A program made the translations under genes and the position numbers. 64,000 nucleotides of DNA, taken from the NCBI GenBank assembly GCA_013416795.1, contig RQSC01000024.1, forward strand, positions 19,562 to 83,561. The letters are read 5' to 3'. The notes beneath the pieces are model-generated. The model did not search any database. It was not told the origin of the DNA and saw only the letters and a program-made list of their open reading frames with translations. This stretch comes from Prasinococcaceae sp. CCMP 1430 (Eukaryota; Plantae; Prasinodermophyta). This document shows positions 22,624-33,114 of this stretch, piece by piece (the stretch's first letter is position 1; every line of letters begins with the position of its first letter).

Positions 22624-23566
22624 TGGCGCCTGTCAGCAATGTCTGCATCAAGTACTTCGATATCAAGGGGAAAGCCGAGTATGTCCGGCTCGCGTTTGCG
22701 ATCGGGGGCGTCGACTTCACCGACGAGCGCGTGCCCTTCGCAGAGTGGAAGGAGACGAAGCCAAACATGCGCTGGCACTACCTGCCCGAGCTGACTCTCA
22801 CAAACGCCGAGGGCGAACAGGTCACCGTTGGCCAGTCCAACGCCATACTGCGCTTCGCGGGCAAGCTTACTGGCCTCTATCCCTCAGACGTACGTCGTGC
22901 GCGCGCAAGCGCGCCGTGATGCACATCGCACGTCCTGACCCGACGCGCTTCGTGCTCGCCGCGGCGCTGGGCGTGCTCTCTGTAGGATGTCGAGGCACTC
23001 ATGGTCGATGAGATCCTCGAGGCGATTGAGGATGCGCGCACGCCCATCCGTGCGAGCCTCCAAGAGAAGGATGTGGAGAAGAAAGAGGCGATGCGAGCCG
23101 AGCTCGCCACCGAGACGATTCCTTACTGGCTGCGGCTCTTCGAGGCACGCGCGGTCGAAAATGGCAGCAACGGCTGCATCTGCGGCCCTTCGCTCACCAT
23201 CGTGCGTGCGCGACGCGCGCGTGGCGCGATCGCGTCGCGGGCGCATCGGTGCCCGCCGAAGTCGATCGAGCTGCGTTGCGGATCGCGCTGCGCGCACCCA
23301 TGTTGCGAGCGCGGGAGCTGACGCCGGCGCGACTCCCCTCCTTTCCCGGGCCCTTGTCCCCTCTCACGAAGGCTGACCTCGCGTTGTACGTCCTGTGCAA
23401 CTGGTTGTCGTCGGGCATCCTGGATGGTATCCCGACGACCATCCTCGAGCCGTACGAGGGCATTAACAAGATAGTGGCGGCCGTCGCAGGACACCCGAAG
23501 GTGGCAGAGTTCGAGAAGGGAGTCGCCGAGCGCCAGGCCGCCGCCAAAGCCGCCAAGGAAGCCTAA
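22624..23566 (+). CDS. GST: Glutathione S-transferase (sigma-like); introns 22890-22985 and 23202-23371; start exon unresolved
   Basis: KYFDIKGKAEYVRLAF, QSNAILRFAGKLTGLYPSD|DVEALMVDE, SLTI|ADLALY, with in-frame phase-0 introns. Confidence 0.88.
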
Positions 23567-23856
23567 GGCCCGCCAGCCGCCTACCGTGGCCGTCCAAGCC
23601 GTAAGTGAGTGTGGCGTATCATGCCCTACGCTTTGAAAACTGATTCCCCGGCCGCTCTTGGAAATTCGGCATTGTATGCTAGCTAGAGGGATTTGGCGCG
23701 GGTGTTGGCGTGCCACAGCGCGCGCACGTGCGCTGTCGTCCCGCACGCGTGCACCCCTCTCCCGCACGGGCACGCAAGAGCAGGCGATCGCGCGCGCGCG
23801 AACGCGGCTATCTTATACCCGTCGGCACTGGCCGCAGGACAGCCGCCCTGCTCGTG

Positions 23857-24528
23857 ATGGGCAAAGGCGGGCGCCGTGGAGGCGGGGCCGGCATCGCCGC
23901 GCGGCTGCTCTCCAAGTTCGTGGGTGTCATTGCGGGGCAATGCGCAGGGGGAGGAGGCAAGGCGACGCAGGGGCCGGCGAGGACCGCAGCGCCGGCACCG
24001 ACGCCTGCTGAGGGAGTCTCCACCGAGGCACTCTTCTTTCCTTGCCCAAGTCCACACGAGGGCGCCATCGAGCGCTTGCATGCCGCGCTCGCCGAGGCGA
24101 CGAAAAGTCTCGACGTGTGCGTTTTCGCTTTTACCGACGGTCGCCTGTGCGGCGCGCTCAAGGCCGCGCACCGCCGCGGCGTGCGCGTGCGAGTGCTCGT
24201 GGATGATGATCAGCGCTCAGCCAGCGGCAGCAAGGCAGCAGAGCTTGCCGCAGCTGGCGTCGAGGTGCGCGATGACTCGAAGAGCTCCTTCAAAATGGGT
24301 GGCGGCAGGCACGCGGATACCGCTCACTTGACATCGCACATGCACAACAAATTCGCCGTCGTGGACGGGGGGCGCCTTTTGCTGACTGGCTCATTCAATT
24401 GGACCACGAGCGCCGTCTTGAGCAACTACGAGAACGTGCTTGTGCTCAGGGATAGCAACCCCAGCACCAAGAGCGCCGGTGCAGCGTACCAGACACAATT
24501 CAATCTGTTGTGGGACCGCCTCGCGTAG
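23857..24528 (+). CDS. PLD6: Single-HKD phospholipase D/nuclease, PLD6 (mitoPLD/Zucchini)/Nuc-like
   Basis: SLDVCVFAFTD, RGVRVRVLVDDDQ, SHMHNKFAVVDG (HxKxxxxD), LLTGSFNWTTSAVLSNYENVL. Only one HKD motif in about 223 aa. Confidence 0.85.
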   Translation: MGKGGRRGGGAGIAARLLSKFVGVIAGQCAGGGGKATQGPARTAAPAPTPAEGVSTEALFFPCPSPHEGAIERLHAALAEATKSLDVCVFAFTDGRLCGALKAAHRRGVRVRVLVDDDQRSASGSKAAELAAAGVEVRDDSKSSFKMGGGRHADTAHLTSHMHNKFAVVDGGRLLLTGSFNWTTSAVLSNYENVLVLRDSNPSTKSAGAAYQTQFNLLWDRLA

Positions 24529-24691
24529 CGAGCGGAGAAAGTACACTATAGCTAGAGTCATACGATCGAAGCTCTTCTCTTTCTTAAAAACAACACATCC
24601 TCACAAAGCTTGTGATGACACTACTGCTTTCTTCACTCGAGTTCCTGAGCGCGAGGCCGGCGTCCTTGCTCATGGAGGCCCGCGGTACTAC

Positions 24692-27595
24692 CTAATGAGC
24701 CACGGTCGTCCCCGCAACCGCATCGAATGCAGGCCTCGGCCACTCGTCACTCGCGGTAACACTCGCCTGTATCTGCAACAGCTCGTCGCTTATCGGCCAG
24801 CCGCCTTGCACGAAACCCACCAGGACAACCGCGTCCCGAAAGAGCGCGTATGTGACTGGAGTGCTGCCTTGCGCCCCAGGGCTGTGCACGTGCCTGTCGC
24901 AGACGAGGGTCCATATGTCTGCCAGTGTGCGACGGGGGAGCCCGCTGCTCGCCAACAGCGCCAACGCATCTGCCGCGGCGATGTCGTTGCGCGAGGGATC
25001 CGGCTTGGATCGCCCGCCTGCGAGCTTGAACAGCGAAGAGATGAACGACTCGTCGTCTTCGTTGGGATCCCCTGAAGACGGCACCGGTGCCGTGGACCCT
25101 ACTTCGGGTGGCGACGCACATATGTTGGCTATGGACGCTTGCGGCCGGTGAGGAGGAGGCGACGGAATCGCAACTGCCGGCGAGGATGCATCGCCGCCTT
25201 TCCCGCGACTCGAGGCTGGGGAAACTGAAGCAGACAGCGAGAACTGGCCCCTGGCGTAAGGCGTCTTCCCCCCTCGCTGTGATCTGCTTTGTGGCTCATC
25301 AACAATAGGCGGCGGGGTATCTACATCGCGGCTCATATCTGCGCCACCGTGCTTCGCTTGGCCTTCCACACCCTCGGCGGCGAGCTCGAGCCCCTGCAGC
25401 TGCATAGAGGTCTCGAGAAGGGTCCCTTCCAAGCTTTCTGCGAGCCTCAATCTTGCAAGGCGACGCTGACTCGCAGAACGCGTGCGGCGCAGAGACAGGG
25501 CGACCATGTCATCGCGGTCGAGGCGGACGCCAGACGCAAGATCCTGGTGTTGCTCTCGTGAAAGTAGGGGGCCATCCACGCGCTGACCCGCCGCCGTCGG
25601 CGTGCGCCGGGGCTGCGGCGTCGTAGTCGCCGTCGAAGACGGCGCAGACTGCTCGCTGATGGACGTGGTGCTGTCGGCCTCGAACGAAGTTGATGTGGCA
25701 GTCATTCGGTCGAAACCAATCTCTGCCTCCTTCAGGGAGCGCCACTTTGGTATTGGCGCAAGGTCTGGCTGCTCACCACCTCCAGTATCGCCAGCAGCGC
25801 GGCTGCTCTCGTGGGACGTCGGTGGGGGGGTAGGACTGGTAGTCCTGTGCCCTCGCAGATTCACGCTTGTAGGCAAACTGAGCTGCCGCACCGCCTGTGC
25901 CATTCTAACCCCCTCATCTTTCGCCTGCCGGTGGGTTGCCTCAGCCGTGTCTGGATCGTTAGGCTCGCGAGCATTCGTGCGAGCAGGTGCCACGGTGGTC
26001 TTCGAAGCCGAAGCTGCTGCAGGCGGCGTGCGATATGGGGTGCCTGGTGGTGGGGGGGTGCTCGCTATAGCGCCCTCGCTCGCGGTTTCGTAAACCTCTC
26101 TTCCTGAGTTGACGCCAGAGCGCGTTGACGCCACCGACTGGGGGGTGTTGACAGAAGCAGAAGCAACCGATGCGCTCTCCTTGCCCTCAGCAGTCCTCAT
26201 AGGCTTGGCTAGCATGGGCGTCTGCAAATTTTGCATATTGCTTTCGCCTGCATGGTCGAACGCAAAGGACGGGAGGGATGACATCGACCGACGGACGGCG
26301 CCATGGCCGAGCGTAGACTGCTGCGTGGCGGCGGGTGTGGCTGCCGCTGTTGGCACGGTGAGTTCGCGCACTCGAACCTCGAGGCTGCGGATCTCGCACC
26401 TCGCTGCGGCGAGTTCGGCGCGAAGTATGCCTATGTCGAGTTCGCGCGCCAACGTATCATCGCCAGCCATTGCATTGCTCACGCCTTTCTGCGCGGGCGC
26501 CTGTGCGGTGCCGGCGCCGGAGTCACTCTCGCTCGCGGTGCTGTGCGTCGCTGTGCCCTCTGCAGCCTGTCGCGCTGCGACGACGGACATGCTTGGTGTC
26601 TTCCCTCCTATGGGTGAGTGCATCGTGCCATTGGCCGAGGCCTCGAGCGTGGCTGCCTCGAGGAGCGCGCTCTCGAGCCAGTTTGAGAGCGCGGCGGCTG
26701 CGGCGGGGGCCTCCGTGGAGGCGTGCTCCAAAACTTGCACCCTGCTCCAGTTGGAGGCGAGCCATTTGTCGAGCTGCCTCGCCGCGGCCGCATGAAACTG
26801 CTGCTGCGCGGCAACCAGCGCGAGTGCCGAGGCCGAGAGCAGCTGCGGCGCTGCTGCCATGCGAACCTGCAGCGCCCCGAGAGGATCCGAGCGCGCGACG
26901 CGCGCGCGCATTTCTTGCGCGCGCCTCTTTGCCTCGATGCACTCCCCTTCGAGATCGAGCACGCGTTCGTCCACGTCAGACACGCCAGTTTCTCGCAGCT
27001 CGGCGAGTCTCGTGCGTGCACTCTCGGCGGCTTCGGCGGCCTCGCGAGCCCGCGCAACCGTCTCTACCAGCTCGAGCACCACATTCGCCTCTTCCTCCAG
27101 GGGTATCACGATGCCTTGCTGCGTCATTATGCGCGCCTCGGTGACGCCACTCTTGCTGAAAGCCGAGAGAACAACTTCGGGGCAGTGCATGCCGACGCCC
27201 GCAGCCGATGCGGCCTCAAGCATCCCTTCGTTGGCCTCAGCAGCGGCGACGCATAGCACCTCCTCTGCCTCGCCTAGGGCTTGCGCCTGCTGGGCCGCAC
27301 GCAACAACTGGCTAGCATAGGCGAGCCCCAGCCGCTCCGCCTCGTCGTCTTCGGGGACCGCGCCCTGCTGCTGTTGCGGGCCGGTTGACCTGCCGTGCAC
27401 ACCCAATGTGCCGGTGAAGCTCCGCGTGCGAGAGAGGCGCAGCGCAGGCGGCTCAGCAGGGACGGGCAAGGTAGATGCGGTGCTTTTGCTGCCTCCTGGC
27501 GCGCTGGCCGCGCCGCTGCGCCGCTCCTCTCCTGCGCCGCCGCCGTCCTTCGCGCCGCCCGTGGCGCTCTCCGATCCCGCCAACGCCTCCATCAT
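24692..27595 (-). CDS. Large coiled-coil/disordered protein with C-terminal EH-like domain; possible upstream exon 27714-28007
   Basis: Open frame of more than 960 codons. C-terminal LALLASSGLPRRTLADIWTLV…FRDAVVLVGFVQGG…PRPAF resembles Eps15-homology domains. I could not join the upstream ORF in frame. Confidence 0.65.
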   Translation of the reverse strand: MMEALAGSESATGGAKDGGGAGEERRSGAASAPGGSKSTASTLPVPAEPPALRLSRTRSFTGTLGVHGRSTGPQQQQGAVPEDDEAERLGLAYASQLLRAAQQAQALGEAEEVLCVAAAEANEGMLEAASAAGVGMHCPEVVLSAFSKSGVTEARIMTQQGIVIPLEEEANVVLELVETVARAREAAEAAESARTRLAELRETGVSDVDERVLDLEGECIEAKRRAQEMRARVARSDPLGALQVRMAAAPQLLSASALALVAAQQQFHAAAARQLDKWLASNWSRVQVLEHASTEAPAAAAALSNWLESALLEAATLEASANGTMHSPIGGKTPSMSVVAARQAAEGTATHSTASESDSGAGTAQAPAQKGVSNAMAGDDTLARELDIGILRAELAAARCEIRSLEVRVRELTVPTAAATPAATQQSTLGHGAVRRSMSSLPSFAFDHAGESNMQNLQTPMLAKPMRTAEGKESASVASASVNTPQSVASTRSGVNSGREVYETASEGAIASTPPPPGTPYRTPPAAASASKTTVAPARTNAREPNDPDTAEATHRQAKDEGVRMAQAVRQLSLPTSVNLRGHRTTSPTPPPTSHESSRAAGDTGGGEQPDLAPIPKWRSLKEAEIGFDRMTATSTSFEADSTTSISEQSAPSSTATTTPQPRRTPTAAGQRVDGPLLSREQHQDLASGVRLDRDDMVALSLRRTRSASQRRLARLRLAESLEGTLLETSMQLQGLELAAEGVEGQAKHGGADMSRDVDTPPPIVDEPQSRSQRGGKTPYARGQFSLSASVSPASSRGKGGDASSPAVAIPSPPPHRPQASIANICASPPEVGSTAPVPSSGDPNEDDESFISSLFKLAGGRSKPDPSRNDIAAADALALLASSGLPRRTLADIWTLVCDRHVHSPGAQGSTPVTYALFRDAVVLVGFVQGGWPISDELLQIQASVTASDEWPRPAFDAVAGTTVAH

Positions 27596-28957
27596 GAGCT
27601 CGCCCGCCGCTGCCACCACGTCGCGCCGATTCTCCCGCGCCGCCCGCACCACCCCAACAGCCCCTCACCTCTCACGGACGCACCAGATCTCGCCCTTCGG
27701 TCTATCCCGCCACCTGCCGCGGGCCTCGCGCCCTCTCGCCCGGCCGCGCGGCCTCGCCCGCGGCGTGCGCTCGGAGCAGCCCGCGCAGGTGCGCCGCCAC
27801 GCCCTCGACGTCGAAGGAAGGCAGCACCCGCGGATGGTGGCGCGAAAAGCCCAGCCCGTCGTTGTCGCTGTCGCCGTCGTCGCCGCCTTCGCCGCCGTCG
27901 CCGCCGCTGCTGCAGCCGCTATCCTCGCGCGCCGCCTCGCGCGCCTCTCTCGCGCGCTTCTCGGCGAGCTTGCGCATCATCTCGGCGAGCTTGCCGAGGC
28001 CCGACATGGCGCCAGCCGGCGGGCTGGCGACCGCGCGAAGCCGCGCGCGGGGGGAGTGAGGCTGGCGGGTCGGCCCGCGTGCGCGGAACCGCCGGCGCGC
28101 CCGCCGCCGCGACGACGGAGGCTGGGCCGAGCGTCGGCCCAGCCTCGTCGGCCCCCGGTGGGACCGGGCGGTGCGGTGTGAGGGCTGTGAGGGCGCCGTG
28201 TGGCGCCCCGCACGCGCAGCGCAATGTCATCGGTTTTCCGCTGGGCGCATCAAAATACGCACGATAAAATCATTTGCATTCGTTTCAAGGGCAAAATTAG
28301 GCACGGCTGCCTAGAGCCAGAGCCGGTAGGTCAAAGGCAAAGCGGGCAGACGTTTGGAAGGAAAAGAAGAGTTGGAAGCAAAAAAAAAAAAAAAAGCACG
28401 CGATCGCTCCGAGGCGAGCGAAGCCCCCACAGGGGAAAAGGCGGGGTAAAAGCAGCCAACCCTAATTCATGCGGCGCAAGACGCAGGTTTGTTCGCACCC
28501 GCGTCGCTGCACCGTGCCAGAAAGGGTTTGCAAAGAGTGCGAAAATAATGTCACAGTTGATGAATTCGTGCGGTTGTGTTTTTTGTTTTTTGTTGGGTGG
28601 GAGTTTGGGTTGCAAAGCGCAGCTGACGGCGGTCGCGCGGTGGGGAGTGCGGGCGAGGACTGGCAGTTCGCCAGAGGGCGCGCGAGAGGCGGGCCCGGTG
28701 CCGGCCTGCGGCGAGCCCCCCGCCCTTCCCCGCGCCCCCGGCGTCCCCGCCCGCGCCTACGGGCGACCGCTGGCGCGCCCGCGTGGCTGGTGTCACGCGC
28801 GCGCGTGGGGTGCTGCGCGCGCGCGGCGTGTGGCGCTGCGGTGCCGCTGGCGCAGACAAACGCAACAAGCGTGCGTTCGCGCCGCTCGAAGGCGCGTTGA
28901 GGGTGGGCAGGGGCCAGAGTGACGCACCGCGCGCCCAGCTAGGAGTCGCTACGCGCC

Positions 28958-30031
28958 ATGTGCCCACACCCGCCACCGGCGCGCGCCGAGGTGCGCGTGC
29001 GCGGCGGCGCTGCCGTGGTGCGCGGTGCAACGGCATCAGTGCCAGCAGCGGCGAACGCGAGCGCATCTGGCGTGACGGGCGCGGCGGCCGCGGGCACCGC
29101 GCCGAACGCGCCCGTGGCAGTGCTCGCCCACGGGCTGTGCCTCAATCGCACCGAATGGGCGGCCGTCGAGAAGGGTCTTACCACGCGCGGCATCGAGTGC
29201 TTCTCGTACGAGTACGTCGCCGCGCTCGCTGGCTGGATATTCCCCCCACCCTCCTTCTGCCTGGGCGCCCGCGCGCGCGCACGCAAGCACCTTTTTTCTC
29301 GCTGGCTGACTCGCAAATAATACTGGGAGCGCTCGCCCAGTCATCTAGGGCAGGGCGAGTCCGACACGGCCGCCGCACGCACCCTTTCCCTCTCCATTGA
29401 TGCTCTGGCCGACGACATGGCGTGCGTGTGCGAGCTCGCAGGCGGCGGCGCACCCGTACATTTGGTCGGCCATTCGATGGGAGGCTATTGCGCGCTGCGG
29501 GTGGCGTCGCGCAGACCGGAGCTCGTTGCGAGTCTCACGCTGGTGGGCTCTCGTGCACAGGCAGATCATCCCTACAAACTCATCGAAGTCGCGCTCATGT
29601 CGCTCGTGGTCTTGCTCTTCGGCGTCATCCGTCCAATCGCGGACAGGCTGATGGAAATGATGTTTGGGCCCGCATGGGTGCGAAACCATCCGGAAGCCGC
29701 GAGAAAATGGCACGAACACTTCGCCGCGCTGCCGCGACGCACGCTGCGCGCGGTGTGGGGCGTCGTCACCAGGCGCTCCATGAGCGACGCTGAGCTTCGT
29801 GAGATCCGTTGCCCAGTGCTGGTCGTTCACGGCGAGATGGATGACTCTGTCCCGATCGACGATGCGCGCGTGACCGCTGCGCGCTGTCCCGAGCTTCGGC
29901 GCGTGGCCATGCTGCCAGCCGTGGGGCACACGCCCGCGATCGAGGCGCCCGCTGAAGTCATTGCTCTGTTGGCGGAGTTCATTGACGAGAGCATGCGCCT
30001 GTCATCCCCTGCTGGAGGCAGCTTGAAGTGA
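28958..30031 (+). CDS. Alpha/beta hydrolase (enol-lactonase-like); intron 29212-29340
   Basis: VLAHG oxyanion loop; splicing creates YD|HLGQGES; nucleophile GHSMGG, acid VVHGEMDDSVP, His in VGHTPAIE. Confidence 0.88.
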
Positions 30032-30362
30032 GCGGAGTGGCCGTGGCGAGCCGGCCGTGCGCCATATGAGATGGACACCAAAGAGAGAGAGAGGGCACGG
30101 CGCGCAAATGGTGGCGAGCCTGGCGTCGACCGAATTGCTTGCCGCAGCCCTGCCACGATGGTGCAGGGCGTCATGGCCTGGCTAAGCAAGCGCACGCAAG
30201 AGGCGCGCTGCAGGCATGAGCGCACGCTGCGCCGTGTGTTCATGATCATCGGAACATGGAACGATACTTAGTTGGCCTCGCCTGTCGGCGCGGGGAGAGA
30301 GGCGCGCCGCCTGTGCATCGCCCACTTTCGCCTGCCAACGAGCCCCGCCTTCGAGCTCTCTC

Positions 30363-32012
30363 CTAGCCCATCACGTCGAATAGCATGCCCGTTTTGTGCA
30401 GGTTCTCAACGAGCTTTTCCCCGCCAGCCATGGAAGGCGTAAGCACTCCTCCCTTGAACTCAAGTTCGTCGCGGTGCAGCGCGAGGCAGATTGCCACCTC
30501 GACGGCCATGTGGCCGGTTTCCTCGTACGCCTCTCCCGCTGACATGCGCACCTTGAGCCTCTCGCCGTCGGCGGCCTCGGCAATGAAGTAGTACTTGTTC
30601 TGTGCCGTGGCGCGCGTGGCCGCATCCTCACCCTCGCCTTGCTTGAACAACTTGCCGGCCTTCTCGAGCTCCTCCTCCTGCTTCTTCGAGCTGCTCGACG
30701 CGGCGGCCGCCGCTTTGGCGTCCTTCTCGGACCCCACCAGAATATGGTTACGAAAGTTGAAGCCTTTGCCGAACGACTTACCGCGAGCGCACTTGCGCAG
30801 GTAGTTTGAGCGGCGCACCAAGCGCGTCTCGAAAAAGGAGTACATGAAGGGCGTCACCCATCCCTGAGAGGGCGATGGCGCCCAAGTGTAAATGCGGAGC
30901 GACCGGGGGGATGGGTGGGGGCGGGGCGTGCGGAGGTCAGCACAAACGAGACGCACGTGCGCTGACGGGGAGGAGCGCGCTCGCGCGCAAAAGCTCCGCT
31001 GGGCACGCACAGTCATGCCCATGTCTGCTTTGGCGATCTTCTGCAGCTCCCTGTCCTGGTCTTCGGGGCGCTTGCCATCGCCAATGCGCCCGCCGAGGGA
31101 GAAAGGGTCCATCATGAGGTGCCCGTGGTCCCTCATGGCACCGGCCATCGCTTCGCGCGTGGCGACGGTGCCGCCTGAAGGCGCAAGTTGGCCCGTCGAG
31201 GTGACAAAGCCAACGCACTTGTTGCATCTCTTGCCCTTGATCTCCGCGAGCTTGTCCACCGCGTACGTCGCGAGGACGTCCGTGGCACCACCCGCAAAGG
31301 CCGCATTGGGCACCACCATAACGTTGTTTTTCTCGGCGTACTCGTGGTACTCGAGCAGCTTGTGCGTGAAGGGAATCTCGCCGTTGACGTCCACGTAGTC
31401 CGTATCAAACAGCAGGCACGCCTCCACGAGGTTCTCGGCGCCGGTGAGCATGAAAGGGCCCGCGATGTTGACCATGACGTCGCAGCGCTGCACCAGACGG
31501 CGCACGTCCTGCGGGTCCTTGAGGCTAGCGCCGATCACGGGGGGGTCCATGCCCTTCCACTCGTACTCGGCGAACACCTTCTTCTTGACTGCCTCCACCT
31601 TGTGCGCCGTGCGCCCCGCGAGCGCGAACTTGACCTTGGTGGGGTCGCAGTGCTTGCAGATGTACTCGAGCGTGAGCTGCCCCGTGTAGCCACTCGCGCC
31701 ATACACGATGAATGTGAACTCGCGCTCGCCGCGAGGCTTGTTGTCTTCATAGCCCAGGTACTCGCTCATGAAGGCCTCGCTCGTCGCGTCGTCGAGCACC
31801 CAGTCCGAATTCTTTCGCATGAGCTCCTCGGAGCCGTAGAACACCTCGTCTCTGATGGCCTCTCGCATGGCATCCTTGTCCATGAGCTCTGCGTAAAACT
31901 TGGTGGGCATGCCCCAGTTGGTGATCTCCTCGCCAAGGTGGTTGCGCGCCGGCGGCTCTCCCGCCTTGGGCGGCATGGCCGGCACAGTGTGCGTCTTGGC
32001 CTCGAAGACCAT
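30363..32012 (-). CDS. SCCPDH: Saccharopine dehydrogenase-like oxidoreductase; intron 30864-31010
   Basis: FIVYGASGYTGQL, FALAGR, VNIAGPF, DYVDVNGE, SGGTVAT, GGVLTPS; in-frame 147-nt intron. Confidence 0.85.
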   Translation of the reverse strand: MVFEAKTHTVPAMPPKAGEPPARNHLGEEITNWGMPTKFYAELMDKDAMREAIRDEVFYGSEELMRKNSDWVLDDATSEAFMSEYLGYEDNKPRGEREFTFIVYGASGYTGQLTLEYICKHCDPTKVKFALAGRTAHKVEAVKKKVFAEYEWKGMDPPVIGASLKDPQDVRRLVQRCDVMVNIAGPFMLTGAENLVEACLLFDTDYVDVNGEIPFTHKLLEYHEYAEKNNVMVVPNAAFAGGATDVLATYAVDKLAEIKGKRCNKCVGFVTSTGQLAPSGGTVATREAMAGAMRDHGHLMMDPFSLGGRIGDGKRPEDQDRELQKIAKADMGMTVRAQRSFCARARSSPSAHVRLVCADLRTPRPHPSPRSLRIYTWAPSPSQGWVTPFMYSFFETRLVRRSNYLRKCARGKSFGKGFNFRNHILVGSEKDAKAAAAASSSSKKQEEELEKAGKLFKQGEGEDAATRATAQNKYYFIAEAADGERLKVRMSAGEAYEETGHMAVEVAICLALHRDELEFKGGVLTPSMAGGEKLVENLHKTGMLFDVMG

Positions 32013-33114
32013 AGCGACTGGCCTGGTCCTGCTGGGCGCCAGCTGTGGTAAAGCAGGAGGGCGAGCACACGGTCAGCGGCGTCGAACGAGAAAGGCATGG
32101 ACGGAATCACCCCCACCCCCCGACTTTCGATGCGCGCGTTGGAAAACGAACCAGCGCGCGCGCCACTTCGCCTCCCGGCGCGCGCGCGGATGGGGTGGAA
32201 GGGGGAAGAGCAGAGCCTCGTCATCGCGGTCGCGCCGCGAGGGAGCGCGGCGAGAATGCCTGCACCTGCTTCGCTTGCGCGTCGCTGCCCCGCCGCTCCC
32301 TACGCGCGCGGGAAAGATCGCTGCGCGCCGTCCCCCTCACTTCGGCGCGCGCGCTCGCCCCCAGCGCGATTTCGCCCCCCCCTTCCTTCCCTGACCCTCC
32401 TCGCCTGGCCGCCCATTGCGCGCCCGCGCCCTTCCCCCCCCGACTCACCCTCCCCTCAGGCCTGTTCCCTCCCCGAACCTCGCGCGTGGACTGCACGGAC
32501 GGCGCCTTCGGCGCCTCGTCGGCGGGCCCCAGGGCGCGCGCGGCCGGCGCGCTGTGTGGCGCCCGCGCGACGCGCCGAGTGCGCGCTCCCTCGCTCCCTC
32601 GCGCGCTCGCCGGCCGTTACGCGACGCGGTTACGAACCGGCGACTCTCCGCGCGCCCCGGGGGAACGCGAGCACTGACATTTAAAAAAATCTAAAAATGC
32701 GTGCGTTCTGAAGTGCGATTTCGGCCGCATTTCCGACAGGGAGCGCAGGCAAATAAAAATGGTTGGGGCGCAGGCGCACGAGGAGGCGCGCGCGCGCGCC
32801 CACCGGCCGCGCGTGCGCGCGGCGTTGGTTGTTGTGTGGGAGAAGGCGCAAGGCGCTGCGGGCGCTGCTCGCGAGCTGGAGCTGGTGCGTGTGCGTGCCA
32901 TCGGCGGGTAGAGATAGAGACGCCGCTGCGGGAGGGGCGCTGCGCCCCGCTGGCGGCGGCGGCGGGGCGGGTGTGCTGGCGCCTTCCCCCCCCCCCCCAC
33001 TTTCTCACCCCGCAATTTTGCGGGGAAATTCGCGAGAATTTTTTTTGATTTTGCTGGGAGCGGGGGCCAGCGGATCGCTCGCGGATAAACCATGCACCTG
33101 CCAGGTGCTGGGCG

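Noticed and set aside
28240-28620. AT-richer island with AACCCTAA (28458) as an interstitial telomere or RNA gene
   Set aside because: It has a single telo-box-like word and no tRNA or snRNA structure; it most likely is an ordinary divergent promoter region.
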